A stretch of 64,000 bases of DNA from an uncultured Candidatus Rokubacteria bacterium (GTDB taxonomy: Bacteria > Methylomirabilota > Methylomirabilia > Rokubacteriales > CSP1-6), in NCBI GenBank assembly GCA_963747235.1, contig CAVVEU010000024.1, forward strand, positions 160,001 through 224,000. The letters run 5' to 3'. The notes below the pieces were generated by a model. That model had not been told where the DNA came from, did not search any database, and worked only from the letters and a program-made list of their open reading frames with translations. The position numbers were made by a program, and so were the translations under genes. Shown in pieces: positions 52,819 through 64,000 of this stretch. Numbering within the stretch: the stretch's first letter is position 1; the number at the start of each line of letters is the position of its first letter.

Positions 52819-54035
52819 GAGGGGCCGCCCGAGCCCAGGTAGGACGAGACGAATCCCGCGGCGGCCGGAGCGCCGAGCGAGCCGAAGCGATCGAGCCGAA
52901 ACGGTGTCGGGCTCACCGGCGAGGGGGTGCCCGTGACGAGGGCGGCCATCATCTCGCCGACCGCCGGGGACAGCTTGAAGCCGTGGCCGGACATGCCCGC
53001 CGCGATCCAGAAGCCGCGCACCGGAGACTCGTCGAGAATCGGCATCCAGTCCGGCGTGATGTCGAAGGCTCCCGCGTAGCCGCGGCTGAACCGCGCGTCG
53101 GCCAGCGCGGGGATGGCCCGGGCGGTGCGGGCCAGGACGTCCGCGGCCTCGTCGAAGCCGGCCTCGCTGCCGAGGAGCTCCGGGTCCATCGGGTGCTGGG
53201 TCTCGTCGTCGGTGAGCGACCCGGTCAACGTGAGGTTGCCGGTCTCGGGCCGCACGTAGCTGCCGCCGGCCAGGTCCAGGTAGACGGTGTGCGCGGGGCC
53301 GAACCCGGCATTCCGCGCCAGCGTGAAGACCGGATGGCGCCCGATCACGATGGGCAGGTCCACGCCGGCCATCCGCGCGACCCGCGGCGACCAGAGGCCC
53401 GCCGCGTTGATGACGACCGGCGCGTCGATCCGCTCACCGGTCGCGGTGTCCACCCCGACGACCCGGTCGGCCCGGCGGCGAATCGCGATCACCTCGACGC
53501 CCTGCTCGATCACGGCGCCGCGGCGGCGTGCCGCGGCGGCGAAGCCCGCGGTCACCGCGCTGGGATCCCCGTACCCGGAGCCCGGCTCCCACAGCACCGC
53601 GCCGAGCCCCGAGGTGTCGATGCGAGGCTCGATGCGCGCCAGGTCGGCCGGCTCCACGATCTCGGCCTGGATCCCGATGCCCTTCTGCAGCGCCAGCGTC
53701 CGCTCGAGCGTCGGCCGCATGGCTGGAGAGACCCCGATGAGCGCGCCGGTGCGGACGAAGCCCGCCTCGCCGCCCACCGCCTCGCCGAAGCGCTCGAAGA
53801 CCGCCAGGGAGCGGAGCACCATCTGGCTCGTCTCGCGGGTCGGATAGAGCTGCCGGATGATGCCGACGGACCGGCCCGTCCCGCCGGAGCCCAGGAACTT
53901 CCGCTCGAGGACGAGGACGCGCCGCAGGCCCGCTCCCGCGAGCTGGAACGCGATCGAGACGCCTGTCACGCCGCCGCCGATGATGACGGCATCGGCCGTC
54001 CGGGCGCTTCCGCTCAAGACCTCACCACGGCACAA
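52815..54035 (-). CDS. FAD-dependent amine oxidase (DAO/sarcosine oxidase beta family)
   Basis: IIGGGVTG, TGRSVG, DITPDWMPIL, GMSGHGFKLSP. Confidence 0.9.
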   Translation of the reverse strand: MCRGEVLSGSARTADAVIIGGGVTGVSIAFQLAGAGLRRVLVLERKFLGSGGTGRSVGIIRQLYPTRETSQMVLRSLAVFERFGEAVGGEAGFVRTGALIGVSPAMRPTLERTLALQKGIGIQAEIVEPADLARIEPRIDTSGLGAVLWEPGSGYGDPSAVTAGFAAAARRRGAVIEQGVEVIAIRRRADRVVGVDTATGERIDAPVVINAAGLWSPRVARMAGVDLPIVIGRHPVFTLARNAGFGPAHTVYLDLAGGSYVRPETGNLTLTGSLTDDETQHPMDPELLGSEAGFDEAADVLARTARAIPALADARFSRGYAGAFDITPDWMPILDESPVRGFWIAAGMSGHGFKLSPAVGEMMAALVTGTPSPVSPTPFRLDRFGSLGAPAAAGFVSSYLGSGGPS

Positions 54036-54087
54036 GTATCCACGAGCCCCCGTTTCGGGTGGAAGGAAATGGGCCAGCGCGCGGGGC

Positions 54088-56037
54088 CTACCGGCGAGGC
54101 CCCGCGCGCGATCCGGCGGCCGCTTGGAGAACAGCTCCCGCCGCGGCCGGATCCAGCGTTCTGAGCACGTCGATCTGCGCTTGCGCTTCGAGAGGCTTGC
54201 CGGCGAGCAGGTAGGCTCGGGCCAGCCAGAATCGTTCAGGCGCGCCCGTTGGCCGGAGCGCCACGGCGCGCTCGAGCGGCGGGACGGCCTCGACGGCCTT
54301 TCCGTCCTCTATCAGGGCCTGGCCGAGGTTCCGCCAGAAGGTGGCCTCCGCGGGCAGGAGTCCGGTCGCTTCTCGGAACAGGCCGACCGCTTCCGCGGCC
54401 TTGCCCTCCTGGGCCAGTTCTATCCCCGCATTGTCGAGAGCAAACGCGAGGTTGCCCCGCGCGCTGCCGAGCTGCGGGGAGAGGACGATGGCCTGGCGCA
54501 GCAGCGGAATGGCCTCGGCGTACCGCCGTTGCCGGGCATAGAGCGCTCCCAGGTTCGCGGTGGCCTCGCGGTACTTGGGCGTCAGCCGGAGGGCCTCACG
54601 GAACTCGCCCTCGGCTTCGCCGAGCCGGCCCCGATCCACGAAGAAAGCCCCGAGGCTATTGTGCGCCGTCGGCCGCTCCGGCCGCAGCGCGACGGCGCGG
54701 GTCAGCTCGGCTTCCGCCTCTCGATGAAAGCCCGCCGTCTGCAGGACGCTCCCGAGTTTCTGGCGGCACAGCGCGCACGCGGGATCGGCCGTGACGGCCG
54801 AGCGCCAGAGGCTTTCGGAATCACGCCAGATCCGGCTCTGAACCCAGGTGCCCGCGCCGAGTCCGGCCAGGGCGAGCACCATCGCCGTGGCCGTGGCTCC
54901 GAGCATCCAGCGGCTCACTCGCCCGCGCTCCCGTTGCCGGAGGAGCCACGTCACCGCTGTTCCCGCGAGCACGGCGAACCCGAGACCAGATAGATAACTG
55001 TAGCGGTCGTGCGCGAGCTGGTGGCCGGCGTGCGCGATGCCGCTCACCGGCGCCAGCACGATCATGGAGTGAAGCCAGGCGGCGAGCGCGCCGGGGACCC
55101 GGCGGCGCGCGAGCAGCAGGGTGGCGGTGACCGCGAGCACGCCAACGGTCGGCCAGAGGAACTGGGCATCGAAGAGATGGATGCGGGCGGGAAGCTCGTA
55201 GAGCGGCGAGAGTCGCTCGGGCCAGATGAGCTTCCACGGATAGAACCAGAAGCTATAGCCGGTCATGGCCACCCGAGCCTCGAGCCCGTAGGCGTCGTAG
55301 CTCGTCCAGCCCGCCCCACGGGTGACCGCCCAGCTCGCTACCCCCGCTCCGACGGCGGCGAGCCCGAAGTGCCCCAGCTTCTCCCTGACGAGGGTCGGCC
55401 AGCCGAGGCCCTGGCGGCGGAGTGGGTAGACGTCGAGCACGAGCAGGGTCACCGGGAGCGTCATCGCGATGGCTTTCGACCCGAGGGCCGCCGCGAAGGC
55501 CGCGAGCGATGCCACGAGCCATCGGCCGGTGAGGGCGTGCTCCCGTGTGGCCCCCCGAAGGTAGGCGAGCACCGCCAGGAGATAGAAGAAGCCACAGAGC
55601 AGGTCTCGCCGCTCCGTGATCCACGCGACCGACTCCACGCGAAGGGGGTGGAGCGCCCACAGAAGGGCCGTGGCGGCAGCCCCCAGGGAGACGGCCAGGC
55701 CGCCTTCCGCCAGGAGTCGGCGGGCGACGAAGAAGACGAGCGTGGTGTTCGCCGCGTGGAGAAGGAGATTGCCCAGGTGATATCCCCACGGCTCCATGCC
55801 GCCGAGCGCATGGTTGAGCCCGAAGGTCAGCCACGTGAGCGGGATGTAGTGCCCCATCCACGTCGCGGTGAACATCCACTGCAGCTCACGTAGGCCCAGG
55901 CCGCGATATTCCGTGTTCCACAGGAAGTTCCGGTCGTCGTCCCAGTCCAGGAACCCTCCGTCGAGGGCCGGAAGGAACGCGACAAACGCAAGGACGCCGA
56001 CGAGAACCGGGAGCAGCGCCCGCCGCAGGCGGCTCAT
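54088..56037 (-). CDS. TMTC-like GT-C glycosyltransferase with TPRs
   Basis: DWDDDRNF, GHYIPLTW, LHPLRVESVAWITERRD, HDRYSYL, TPR tail. Confidence 0.85.
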   Translation of the reverse strand: MSRLRRALLPVLVGVLAFVAFLPALDGGFLDWDDDRNFLWNTEYRGLGLRELQWMFTATWMGHYIPLTWLTFGLNHALGGMEPWGYHLGNLLLHAANTTLVFFVARRLLAEGGLAVSLGAAATALLWALHPLRVESVAWITERRDLLCGFFYLLAVLAYLRGATREHALTGRWLVASLAAFAAALGSKAIAMTLPVTLLVLDVYPLRRQGLGWPTLVREKLGHFGLAAVGAGVASWAVTRGAGWTSYDAYGLEARVAMTGYSFWFYPWKLIWPERLSPLYELPARIHLFDAQFLWPTVGVLAVTATLLLARRRVPGALAAWLHSMIVLAPVSGIAHAGHQLAHDRYSYLSGLGFAVLAGTAVTWLLRQRERGRVSRWMLGATATAMVLALAGLGAGTWVQSRIWRDSESLWRSAVTADPACALCRQKLGSVLQTAGFHREAEAELTRAVALRPERPTAHNSLGAFFVDRGRLGEAEGEFREALRLTPKYREATANLGALYARQRRYAEAIPLLRQAIVLSPQLGSARGNLAFALDNAGIELAQEGKAAEAVGLFREATGLLPAEATFWRNLGQALIEDGKAVEAVPPLERAVALRPTGAPERFWLARAYLLAGKPLEAQAQIDVLRTLDPAAAGAVLQAAAGSRAGPRR

Positions 56038-58085
56038 CGGCTGAGCTCCGCCGCGTGCGCGGGCGCCAGCGTGCGCAGCGTGGCGGCCTCGCGGTCGGCC
56101 TCCGGCAGTCGTCCGGCGAGCCGGTAGGCGCGCGCCAGCCAGAGGCGCTCCGCTCCACGCTGGGGGGCCAGCGCGACGGCCCGCTCGAGGACCGGAATGG
56201 CCTCGACCCCTTTGCCTCGCTCGACGAGGGCCTGGCCCAGCCCACGAAGGAGATCGGGATCCTCGCCCGCGAGGGGCGCCGCTTCCTGCCAGAGGCGCGC
56301 GGCCTCGTCGAGCCGGTCCTCCCGCGCGAGCTCGATGGCCCGGCTCCTCAGGGCTCGGCCGAGGTCGGCCCTGACCCCGGCCCGTCCGCCATCGAGCGCA
56401 AGCGCGCGACGGAGGGGGCCGACCGCCTCCTCGAAGCGGCCCTGCCTCGTGTAGAGGACGCCCAGGTTGGCGGGGCCATCCACGAGTCGGGGCGACAGCC
56501 GTGCCGCCTCCTGGAACTCGGTCTCGGCCTCGCGGTCGCGCCCCTGGCTGGCCAGCGCCACTCCCAGCGCGTTGCGGGACGCCGCACGGTCGGGCTGGAG
56601 CGTCGCGGCGCGCCGGAAGTGCTCCTCCGCCTCACGATAGCGACCTTGAGCGAGCATGATCGTGCCCATGTTCTCGTGCGGGCCCGGGCGATCGGGCCGG
56701 AGCGCGATCGCCCGCTGTACCTGCGTCTCGCCCTCCGCGAAGCGACCTGGGCGCGCCACCACCCGCCCGAGATTGCTCGCGCAGAGCGAGCAGGTCGGAT
56801 CGAGCTCGACGGCCCGCCGCCAGAGCGTCTCGGAGTCCTGCCAGGCCACCGTCTGCGCTCGGGCGCCCGCTCCGAGGGCGACCACGACCAGCGCGGCCGC
56901 GGTCCACGCGAGGGGGCGCACCCAGTGGCGCGCCGCCCGGCCGGCGGCGTGCAAGATCCAGACGAGGCCGGCGCCGGCCAGGACCGACAATCCAAGCCCC
57001 GCGAGATAGCTGTAGCGGTCGGCGGTGAGCTGATAGCCCGAGTGGACGACGCCGCTGATCGGCACCAGCACGATGACCGACTGGGCCCAGGCGGCGAGCC
57101 CCGCGGGCCACCGCCGCCGCAGGAGCACGAGCGTGGCGGTGAGAACGGTCACGGCCAGCAGCGGCCCGAGGAACCGTGCCTGGCCGAGATCGACGCGCTG
57201 GGGCAGCTCGTACATCGGCGACAGGCCGGCCGGCCAGACCGATTTCCACCAGGAGAACCACAGGGTGTACGCCGCCAATGCCAGGCGGGCGCCGGTCCCG
57301 TACTGCGTGTAGGCCGTGATGTTGCCGCTCTCCTGCCGAGCGACGAATGCCACGACGCCGGCCGCGCCGGCAAGAAGCGCGTAGGGCAGCTTCTCCCGGG
57401 CGAGGATCCACCAGCCAAGCGTGAGCCGGCGGAGCGGATACACGTCCAGCAGCAGCAGGGTGAGGGGCAGCGTCATCGCGATGGTCTTCGACGAGAGGGC
57501 GGCCGCGAAGGCGCCCAGGGAAAGCGCCCAGCACCGACGCTCGATCCCGGCTCCGCCAGCCACGCCCCGGAGGTACGCCAGGACCGCGAGGAGATAGAAG
57601 AGCCCGCATAGCACGTCCCGCCGGGCGCTGGCCCACGCGACGGCCTCGGCGCGCAACGGATGCAGGCCCCAGACGAGTGCCGCGATGGTGGCGCCGGCCG
57701 CGATCGTCGCGCTGGTGGTCGCGGCGGTCGCCCCGACCGTGAGCAGCCGGCGCGCGACGAGCCAGAGCAGCGCGACGCTGGCCGAGTGTAGGAGGAGGTT
57801 GCCGAGGTGATAGCCCCACGGGTCGAGGCCGCCCGTGACGTAGTTGAGGCTCCAGGTCATCCAGGTGAGCGGGCTCCAGTGACCGAGGAACGTGGTGGTG
57901 AGCATCCACCGCAGCTGGGCCCAGCCGAGCCCGCGATAGGCGGTGTTGGTGAGGAAGCTCGTCTCGTCGTCCCAGTTGACGAAGGTGGCCTCGATCGTCG
58001 GGAGGAAGGTGAGGAAGGCGAGGGCCGCCGCCAGGCCTGGCAGCCATCTCTCGAACCGCTGCGTCTCGTCGCCCGTCGGGGTCAT
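56034..58085 (-). CDS. TMTC-like GT-C glycosyltransferase with TPRs
   Basis: NWDDETSF, GHWSPLTW, LHPLRAEAVAWASARRD, ADRYSYL, TPR tail. Confidence 0.85.
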   Translation of the reverse strand: MTPTGDETQRFERWLPGLAAALAFLTFLPTIEATFVNWDDETSFLTNTAYRGLGWAQLRWMLTTTFLGHWSPLTWMTWSLNYVTGGLDPWGYHLGNLLLHSASVALLWLVARRLLTVGATAATTSATIAAGATIAALVWGLHPLRAEAVAWASARRDVLCGLFYLLAVLAYLRGVAGGAGIERRCWALSLGAFAAALSSKTIAMTLPLTLLLLDVYPLRRLTLGWWILAREKLPYALLAGAAGVVAFVARQESGNITAYTQYGTGARLALAAYTLWFSWWKSVWPAGLSPMYELPQRVDLGQARFLGPLLAVTVLTATLVLLRRRWPAGLAAWAQSVIVLVPISGVVHSGYQLTADRYSYLAGLGLSVLAGAGLVWILHAAGRAARHWVRPLAWTAAALVVVALGAGARAQTVAWQDSETLWRRAVELDPTCSLCASNLGRVVARPGRFAEGETQVQRAIALRPDRPGPHENMGTIMLAQGRYREAEEHFRRAATLQPDRAASRNALGVALASQGRDREAETEFQEAARLSPRLVDGPANLGVLYTRQGRFEEAVGPLRRALALDGGRAGVRADLGRALRSRAIELAREDRLDEAARLWQEAAPLAGEDPDLLRGLGQALVERGKGVEAIPVLERAVALAPQRGAERLWLARAYRLAGRLPEADREAATLRTLAPAHAAELSR

Positions 58086-58199
58086 GGTCGTAAAGGCCAG
58101 AGAAGTCGGCCACTTCCAGTATAGGGGCTGGGGTATTTTTCCGGCCGCGTCTCCGGCGTGGGAGAGGTGTACCGCGGTGCGGTAAGAAGCGGGGCTGGG

Positions 58200-59175
58200 T
58201 CAGAGCGACACCTCGGCGCCCAGTCCCGCCGCCACGGCCCGGTCATAGGCCAGGCGTGCGGTCACCGCGTCCTCGGGCGCGAATCCCACCGACTTGAACA
58301 GGGTGATCTCCTGGGGCGAAGTCCGGCCCCGCCGGGTGCCGGCCACCAGCTCGGCCAGGTCCGCCCGCACGTGGCGCCGGGTGATGGCGCGGGCCTTGAT
58401 CGGGATGAGCAGATCCCCGGCCTCTTCCCAGGCGCCTTCATACGTGTCCACCACGACCCGCGATCTCTGGACGGTCAGCGTATCGACTTCGCGCGTGGCG
58501 GGCCGGAACGTGCCGACGCCGTCCACGTGGGTGCCGGGCGCGAGGTCGCGGCCCGAGAAGACGGGCCGCGAGGCGGTGGTGGCGCAGGTGATCACGTCGG
58601 CCCCGGTCACCGCCGCCTTCCGGCTGCTCGCGACGCGCACCTCGATGCCCAGCTCGCCACGCATCTTCTGGGCGAACGCGGCGGCCCGCCGCGGGTCGCG
58701 GCCCACCACCCGGACCTCGACCAGGGGCAGGACCTGGCTCAGGCAGAGAAGCTGGAAGCGCGCCTGCACGCCCGCGCCGAAGCAGGCCGCCACGCGCGAG
58801 TCGGGCCGGGCCAGGTAGCGGGCGGCCACCGCGGACGTCGCGCCCGTGCGGATGGCGGTGAGGAAGCCGGCTTCCATCAGGGCCAGCGGGGCGCCGGTCT
58901 CCGGATCGGTGAGCAGGTAGGTGGCGTGGATGGTGGGCAGCCCCCGACGCCGATTGCGCTCCACCACCGTCACCAGCTTGGTGCCGAGGGCGCCCAGGCG
59001 GGGCAGGGCCGAGACCATGGCCAGGAACACCCCGTGCCGGCCCATCGGCAGGACTGTGCGCGGGAAGAGCCACGACTCGCCCGGCGGCGGACTCGCGGAA
59101 GGCGCGCTCCACGGCCGCGATCACGTCGGCGGGCGGCAGGAGCGCCTCCAGCACCTCGCGGCCGAGGATCCGCAT
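58200..59175 (-). CDS. Ornithine cyclodeaminase/mu-crystallin family protein; frameshift near 59065
   Basis: GTKLVTV, LTAIRTGATSAVA, FGAGVQA, ITCATTA, LFKSVG. Confidence 0.9.
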
Positions 59176-59630
59176 CACGCGGACTTGCGCTTGATCATCC
59201 GTTTCACGGCCGCTTCCAGGACCACCTCGCCGCGCTGGTTGGTGACCTCGTGGCGGTAGGTCACGATGCCGCGATCGGCCTTCTTGGTCTCGCGCTTGTC
59301 CGTGATCGTGACGCTGACGTGCAGCGTGTCGCCCTCCAGCACCGGCGCCACGATGCGGATCTCGCTGCCGAGGTACGACATGCCGGTGCCGTGGATGAGC
59401 CCGGTCTGCATGATGAGGCCTTCCGAGAGGCAGAAGGTCATCGCGCCCGGCGCGGCGCGGCCCTTGAAGACCGACTCCTTGGCGACGAATTCCATGTCCA
59501 TGAAGAGGGGCTCGTTGAAGCCGCACAGGTTGACGAAGGCGCAGATGTCGGCCTCCGACACGGTGCGGCCGAGCGTCCGGTACACGGCGCCCACCGCGTG
59601 CTCCTCGTAGGTCAGTCCCGCGCTTTTCAC
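59175..59630 (-). CDS. MaoC-like (hotdog-fold) dehydratase
   Basis: GRTVSEADI, APVLEGDTL, GIVTYRHEVTNQRGEVV. Confidence 0.85.
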   Translation of the reverse strand: MKSAGLTYEEHAVGAVYRTLGRTVSEADICAFVNLCGFNEPLFMDMEFVAKESVFKGRAAPGAMTFCLSEGLIMQTGLIHGTGMSYLGSEIRIVAPVLEGDTLHVSVTITDKRETKKADRGIVTYRHEVTNQRGEVVLEAAVKRMIKRKSA

Positions 59631-59671
59631 GCTCGCGCTCCTCTTCGTTCTTGGCTCGTCGTTCCTGGCGC

Positions 59672-60368
<697 letters not shown>

Positions 60369-60376
<8 letters not shown>

Positions 60377-61175
60377 GGCGCTCGCCACTCGCCGCGCTCG
60401 CGCCGGGGGTCCACCGCCGGCGGCCGAGATACGCCTCGATCACGCGGGGATCCCGCTGGACATCAGAGGGCCGGCCCTCCGCGATCTTCTCCCCGTAGTC
60501 GAGCACCGTGACGCGATCCGAGACCTCCATCACCACCCGCATGTTGTGCTCGATCAGGAGCAGGGTGAGCTTGCGCTCCTCGACCAGCCGGCGCAGCAGC
60601 GCCATGAGGCCGCGGGCCTCGCCCTGGGTCATGCCCGCGGTCGGCTCGTCGAGCAGCAGCAGCGCCGGATCGGAGGCGAGGGCGCGCGCCAGCTCGAGGC
60701 GCCGCTGGTCGCCGTAGGGCAGGTTGCGCGCGAGCTCGTTGGCCTTGTCCCGGAGACCGGCCACCTCGAGGAGCTCGGCGCCGTGCTCCCACTGCCGCCG
60801 CTCCTGGTCCCGCCAGCGCTGGTTCCGGGTGATCACGTCCCAGAAGCTCAGCGGGACCCGGCTGTGCATGCCCACCAGCACGTTCTCGATGGCGGTCATC
60901 CGGGGGAACAGGCGGATGTTCTGGAAGGTGCGGCAGATGCCGAGCGCGGTGATCTCGTCGGGGCGCCGGCCGAGGACGGGGGCGCCCCGGAAGGTCACGA
61001 CGCCTTCCTCCGGCACGTAGATCCCGGTGAACACGTTGAAGAACGTGGTCTTGCCCGCCCCGTTGGGCCCGATGATCGAGGCGATGTGGCCTTCCTCGAG
61101 CGTGAAGTCGACCGTGTTGAGCGCGGTCAACCCGCCGAAGCGCTTGCTCACGGCCCGGGCCTCGAGCAGCGGCAT
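60369..61175 (-). CDS. livG: Branched-chain amino acid ABC transporter ATPase
   Basis: GPNGAGKTT, RTFQNIRLF, LPYGDQRRLE, IEHNM. Confidence 0.93.
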
Positions 61176-62435
61176 CAGGGCTTCTCGGTGAGCTCCCGGT
61201 GTCGGCGCTTCGCGGGCAGGATGCCCTGGGGGCGGAAGATCATCATGAGCACGAGGATGAGGCCGAAGACCATCCGCTCGTACTTGGCCGGCTCGAGCTG
61301 GGTGGGCAGGTTGACGAGATCGTAGCCGAAGATGACGGTCCCCGCGTTCCGCAGCTCGTTGAGCCAGAGCGACAGGCCCTTGAGCACCTGCAGGTTCAGG
61401 ATGGTCACCACCGCGGCGCCCAGGATCGCGCCGGGAATCGAGCCCATGCCGCCGAGGATGATCATGGCGAGCACGCCGATGGACTCCATGAACGTGAAGG
61501 ACTCGGGGTTGATGAAGATCTGCTTGGCCGAGAAGAGCACCCCGACGGTCCCCGCGAAGGAGGCGCCGCAGGCGAAGGCGAGCAGCTTCATGCGCACGAG
61601 GGGGACGCCCATCGCCTGCGCCGCGGTCTGGTCCTCGCGGATCGCTTCCCACGCCCGGCCGATGTGCGAGTCCTCCAGGCGCCGGTTCGCGAGCACGGTG
61701 GCGCCCACGATGACGCAGCACGAGCGCGTACAGGTAGAGCGGGTAGATGACGTTGGGGTTGGGATCGATGCCGATCGCCTCGAGCGGCGCGGCGAAGAAG
61801 ATGGGCGGCCGCCCGATGGGGGTGATGCCCTTGGGCCCGTTGGTGAGGTTGATCGGCTTGTCGAGATTGTTGGCGAGCACGCGGATCACCTCGCCGAAGC
61901 CGAGCGTCACCAGGGCCAGGTAGTCGCCGTGAAGGCGCAGCACCGGCAGGCCGAGCAGGATGCCCGCGCCGGCGGCCACCGCCACCCCGACGAAGAGGAA
62001 CACGAAGAACCACCACGGGTTCAGCGGGAAATAGTCGCCCCCGAAGATCAGGTTGGCCTGCGGCGAGCCGAAGATCGCCCAGGAATAGGCCCCCACCGCG
62101 AAGAAGGCCACGTAGCCCAGGTCGAGCAGGCCCGCCAGCCCGACCACGATGTTGAGGCCGAGCGCGAGCGCCACGAAGATGCCGACCTGGATCGCGATCT
62201 CCATGTAGTACGCGTTGACCGTCCCGATCCACGGCATCAACACGCCCAGGGTGATGACGGTGAGCGCGCCCTTGACGAGGGCGGGCATGCGGGCCAGGTA
62301 GAGGAGCAGCATCGTGCTCTGGAAGAGCAGGAAGACCGAGACCGCGCGGGGACTGTAGAGCACGCCCCAGGTCGTGGCCGCGAGCAGGGCGGTGACCAGG
62401 ATGCTCGCGGGGAGGGGGCGGTTGAGCAGGTTCAC
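61175..62435 (-). CDS. livM: Branched-chain amino acid ABC transporter permease; frameshift near 61715
   Basis: GLNIVVGLAGLLDLGYVAF, LRLHGDYLALVTLGFGE, GRAWEAIRED. Confidence 0.9.
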
Positions 62436-63404
62436 GCCCGCTCCCGGACGACTCTCGCCGAGGAGGCCCTTGGGACGGAAGATGAGAATCAGGATCAGGA
62501 TCGAGAACGCGAAGATGTCCTTGTACTCCGCGCCGAAGGCGCCGCCGGTGAGGAGCGACAGGTAGGACGCCGCGAAGGCCTCGAGCAGGCCGAGGACGAG
62601 ACCGCCCAGCATGGCGCCGGGAATATTGCCGATGCCGCCCAGCACCGCGGCGGTGAAGGCCTTGAGTCCCGGGATGAAGCCGGTGTAGGGATTGATCAGG
62701 CTGTACTGCACGCCGAAGAGCACCCCGGCGCCCCCGCCCATGGCCCCGCCGATCAGGAAGGTCAGCGAGATGATCCGGTTCACGTTGATGCCCATCAGCG
62801 AGGCGGCGGCCTGGTCCTCGGCCACCGCGCGGATCGCCTTGCCGACCTTGGTGCGGTTGACGAGGGTGTGCAGGCTCCAGAGCATGATCAGGGCGGCCAC
62901 GATCACCACGAGCGACTTGACGGAGACGTCGATCGTCTCGGTCAGCTCGAAGCGGTGATTGAGCACGTCCATGGTCGGGTACACGAGGTTGAAGGAGTTG
63001 CGCCAGAGCGACTCGAAGAGCCGGATCGCGTCCTGGAGGAAGAAGGAGACGCCGATCGCCGAGATCAGGGGGATGAGCCGCGGCGCGCTCCGCAGGGGCC
63101 GGTAGGCGGTCCGCTCGATCACCACCGCGACCGCGCCGCTCACCGCCATGCCCGCGACCAGCACCAGGAACAGCACGAGGACCCACGGCAGCACGTCGAG
63201 CCAGCCCGCCGACTTGAACGACAGGAGTATTTCCACGCCCACGAAGGCCCCGATGATGAAGATCTCGGAGTGGGCGAAGTTGATGAACTCGAGCACGCCG
63301 TAGACCATGGTGTAGCCGAGCGCGATCAGGGCGTACATGAAGCCCAGGGTGAGACCGTCCAGGAGGACCTGCGGGAAGATGCCGATCAGGAGGTCAAAGT
63401 CCAT
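62432..63404 (-). CDS. livH: Branched-chain amino acid ABC transporter permease; frameshift near 62455
   Basis: YALIALGYTMVYG, INFAH, KAFTAAVLGGIG. Confidence 0.92.
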
Positions 63405-63433
63405 CGGCAGTCAGCGGGAAGGCGGGGAGCAGT

Positions 63434-63466
63434 GGGAGGGGCGCCCGGTCTTCGGGCGCCCCTCCC
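63434..63466. other. 14-bp perfect hairpin between livK and livH (mRNA stabiliser or partial terminator)
   Basis: GGGAGGGGCGCCCG-GTCTT-CGGGCGCCCCTCCC. Confidence 0.7.
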
Positions 63467-63479
63467 GCGGAGGGCCGCG

Positions 63480-64000
63480 TTACTTCTTGACCGCGGGCGG
63501 CGCGATCGTGAGCTGCTTGACGATCTTGTTGTCACCCCACTTCTCGGGGTTGTCGCTCACGACCGTCAGGATGAAGTACTGGGCCTTCAGGCGGTCGCCC
63601 TTGCTGTCGAAGGCGATCTCGCCGGTGATCCCGGAGAGCTTGACCTTGCGGACCGCGGCCGAGACATCCTCGCGGGTCATCTTCTTGCCGCTCTTGGCGA
63701 CGTCCTCCAGCGCCTTGATGGCGATCGTGGTCGCGTCGTAGGCCTCGGCCGCGTAGGGCTCGGGGTTCTTGCTGAACTTCTTCTTGAAGTCGTCCACGAA
63801 CGCCTTGGCCTTCGGCAGCGCGGAGGCGGGGCCCGCCGCGGAGGTGTAGTGCATGCCCACCACGGCCTTGCCCGCGATCTTGGTCAGGTCCGAGGAGTCC
63901 ATGCCGTCCGGGCCCATGAACTTGGACTTGATGCCCTTCTCGCGCGCCTGCTTGAAGAACGGCGCCCCCTGGTCGTAGATGCCGCCGAAGTAGATGACGT
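63480..64000 (-). CDS. livK: Branched-chain amino acid ABC substrate-binding protein, 5'-truncated by window edge
   Basis: IYFGG, FMGPDG, YAAEAYDA, GITGEIAFDSKGD; upstream of livH. Confidence 0.88.
   Translation of the reverse strand, partial: VIYFGGIYDQGAPFFKQAREKGIKSKFMGPDGMDSSDLTKIAGKAVVGMHYTSAAGPASALPKAKAFVDDFKKKFSKNPEPYAAEAYDATTIAIKALEDVAKSGKKMTREDVSAAVRKVKLSGITGEIAFDSKGDRLKAQYFILTVVSDNPEKWGDNKIVKQLTIAPPAVKK

Overview
This is a high-GC (roughly 70%, estimated by eye) bacterial chromosome segment. The gene repertoire and hairpin style recall Ca. Rokubacteria/Methylomirabilota, which is an unverified impression. Many genes carry 1-2 bp frameshifts that look like long-read consensus errors, densest at about 35.4-47.8 kb. 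Left to right: (1) end of the alpha operon (rpoA, rplQ), REP-like repeats, and a minus-strand trxA-trpE-trpG-thiL-2xCNNM/CorC run. (2) A ~16 kb locus (8.5-24.7 kb) with a putative sigma54 promoter. It joins a Pil-Chp-type chemosensory pathway (PilH, CheW, Tat-exported solute-binding protein, MCP, two-Hpt CheA-REC) to an MglA/MglB GTPase module, about six roadblock-like domains, a pseudo-receiver-DUF4388 protein and a PilB ATPase with TPR-like and MshEN N-terminal segments. This is the best candidate for an undescribed system. (3) Five TMTC-like GT-C/TPR glycosyltransferases, a hydantoinase/oxoprolinase pair with a probable misassembly junction, and a purE-HDO(CADD-like)-Rieske-GlcG operon. (4) A sigma54-type sugar cluster whose enzyme set parallels the lincosamide NDP-octose pathway, plus a ThDP E1 alpha/beta pair, GT2, a desaturase, methyltransferases and an adjacent ArnT-like GT-C. 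(5) An FAD amine oxidase, an ornithine cyclodeaminase-like gene, MaoC and a livKHMGF transporter. No rRNA, tRNA, CRISPR array or transposase was recognised.
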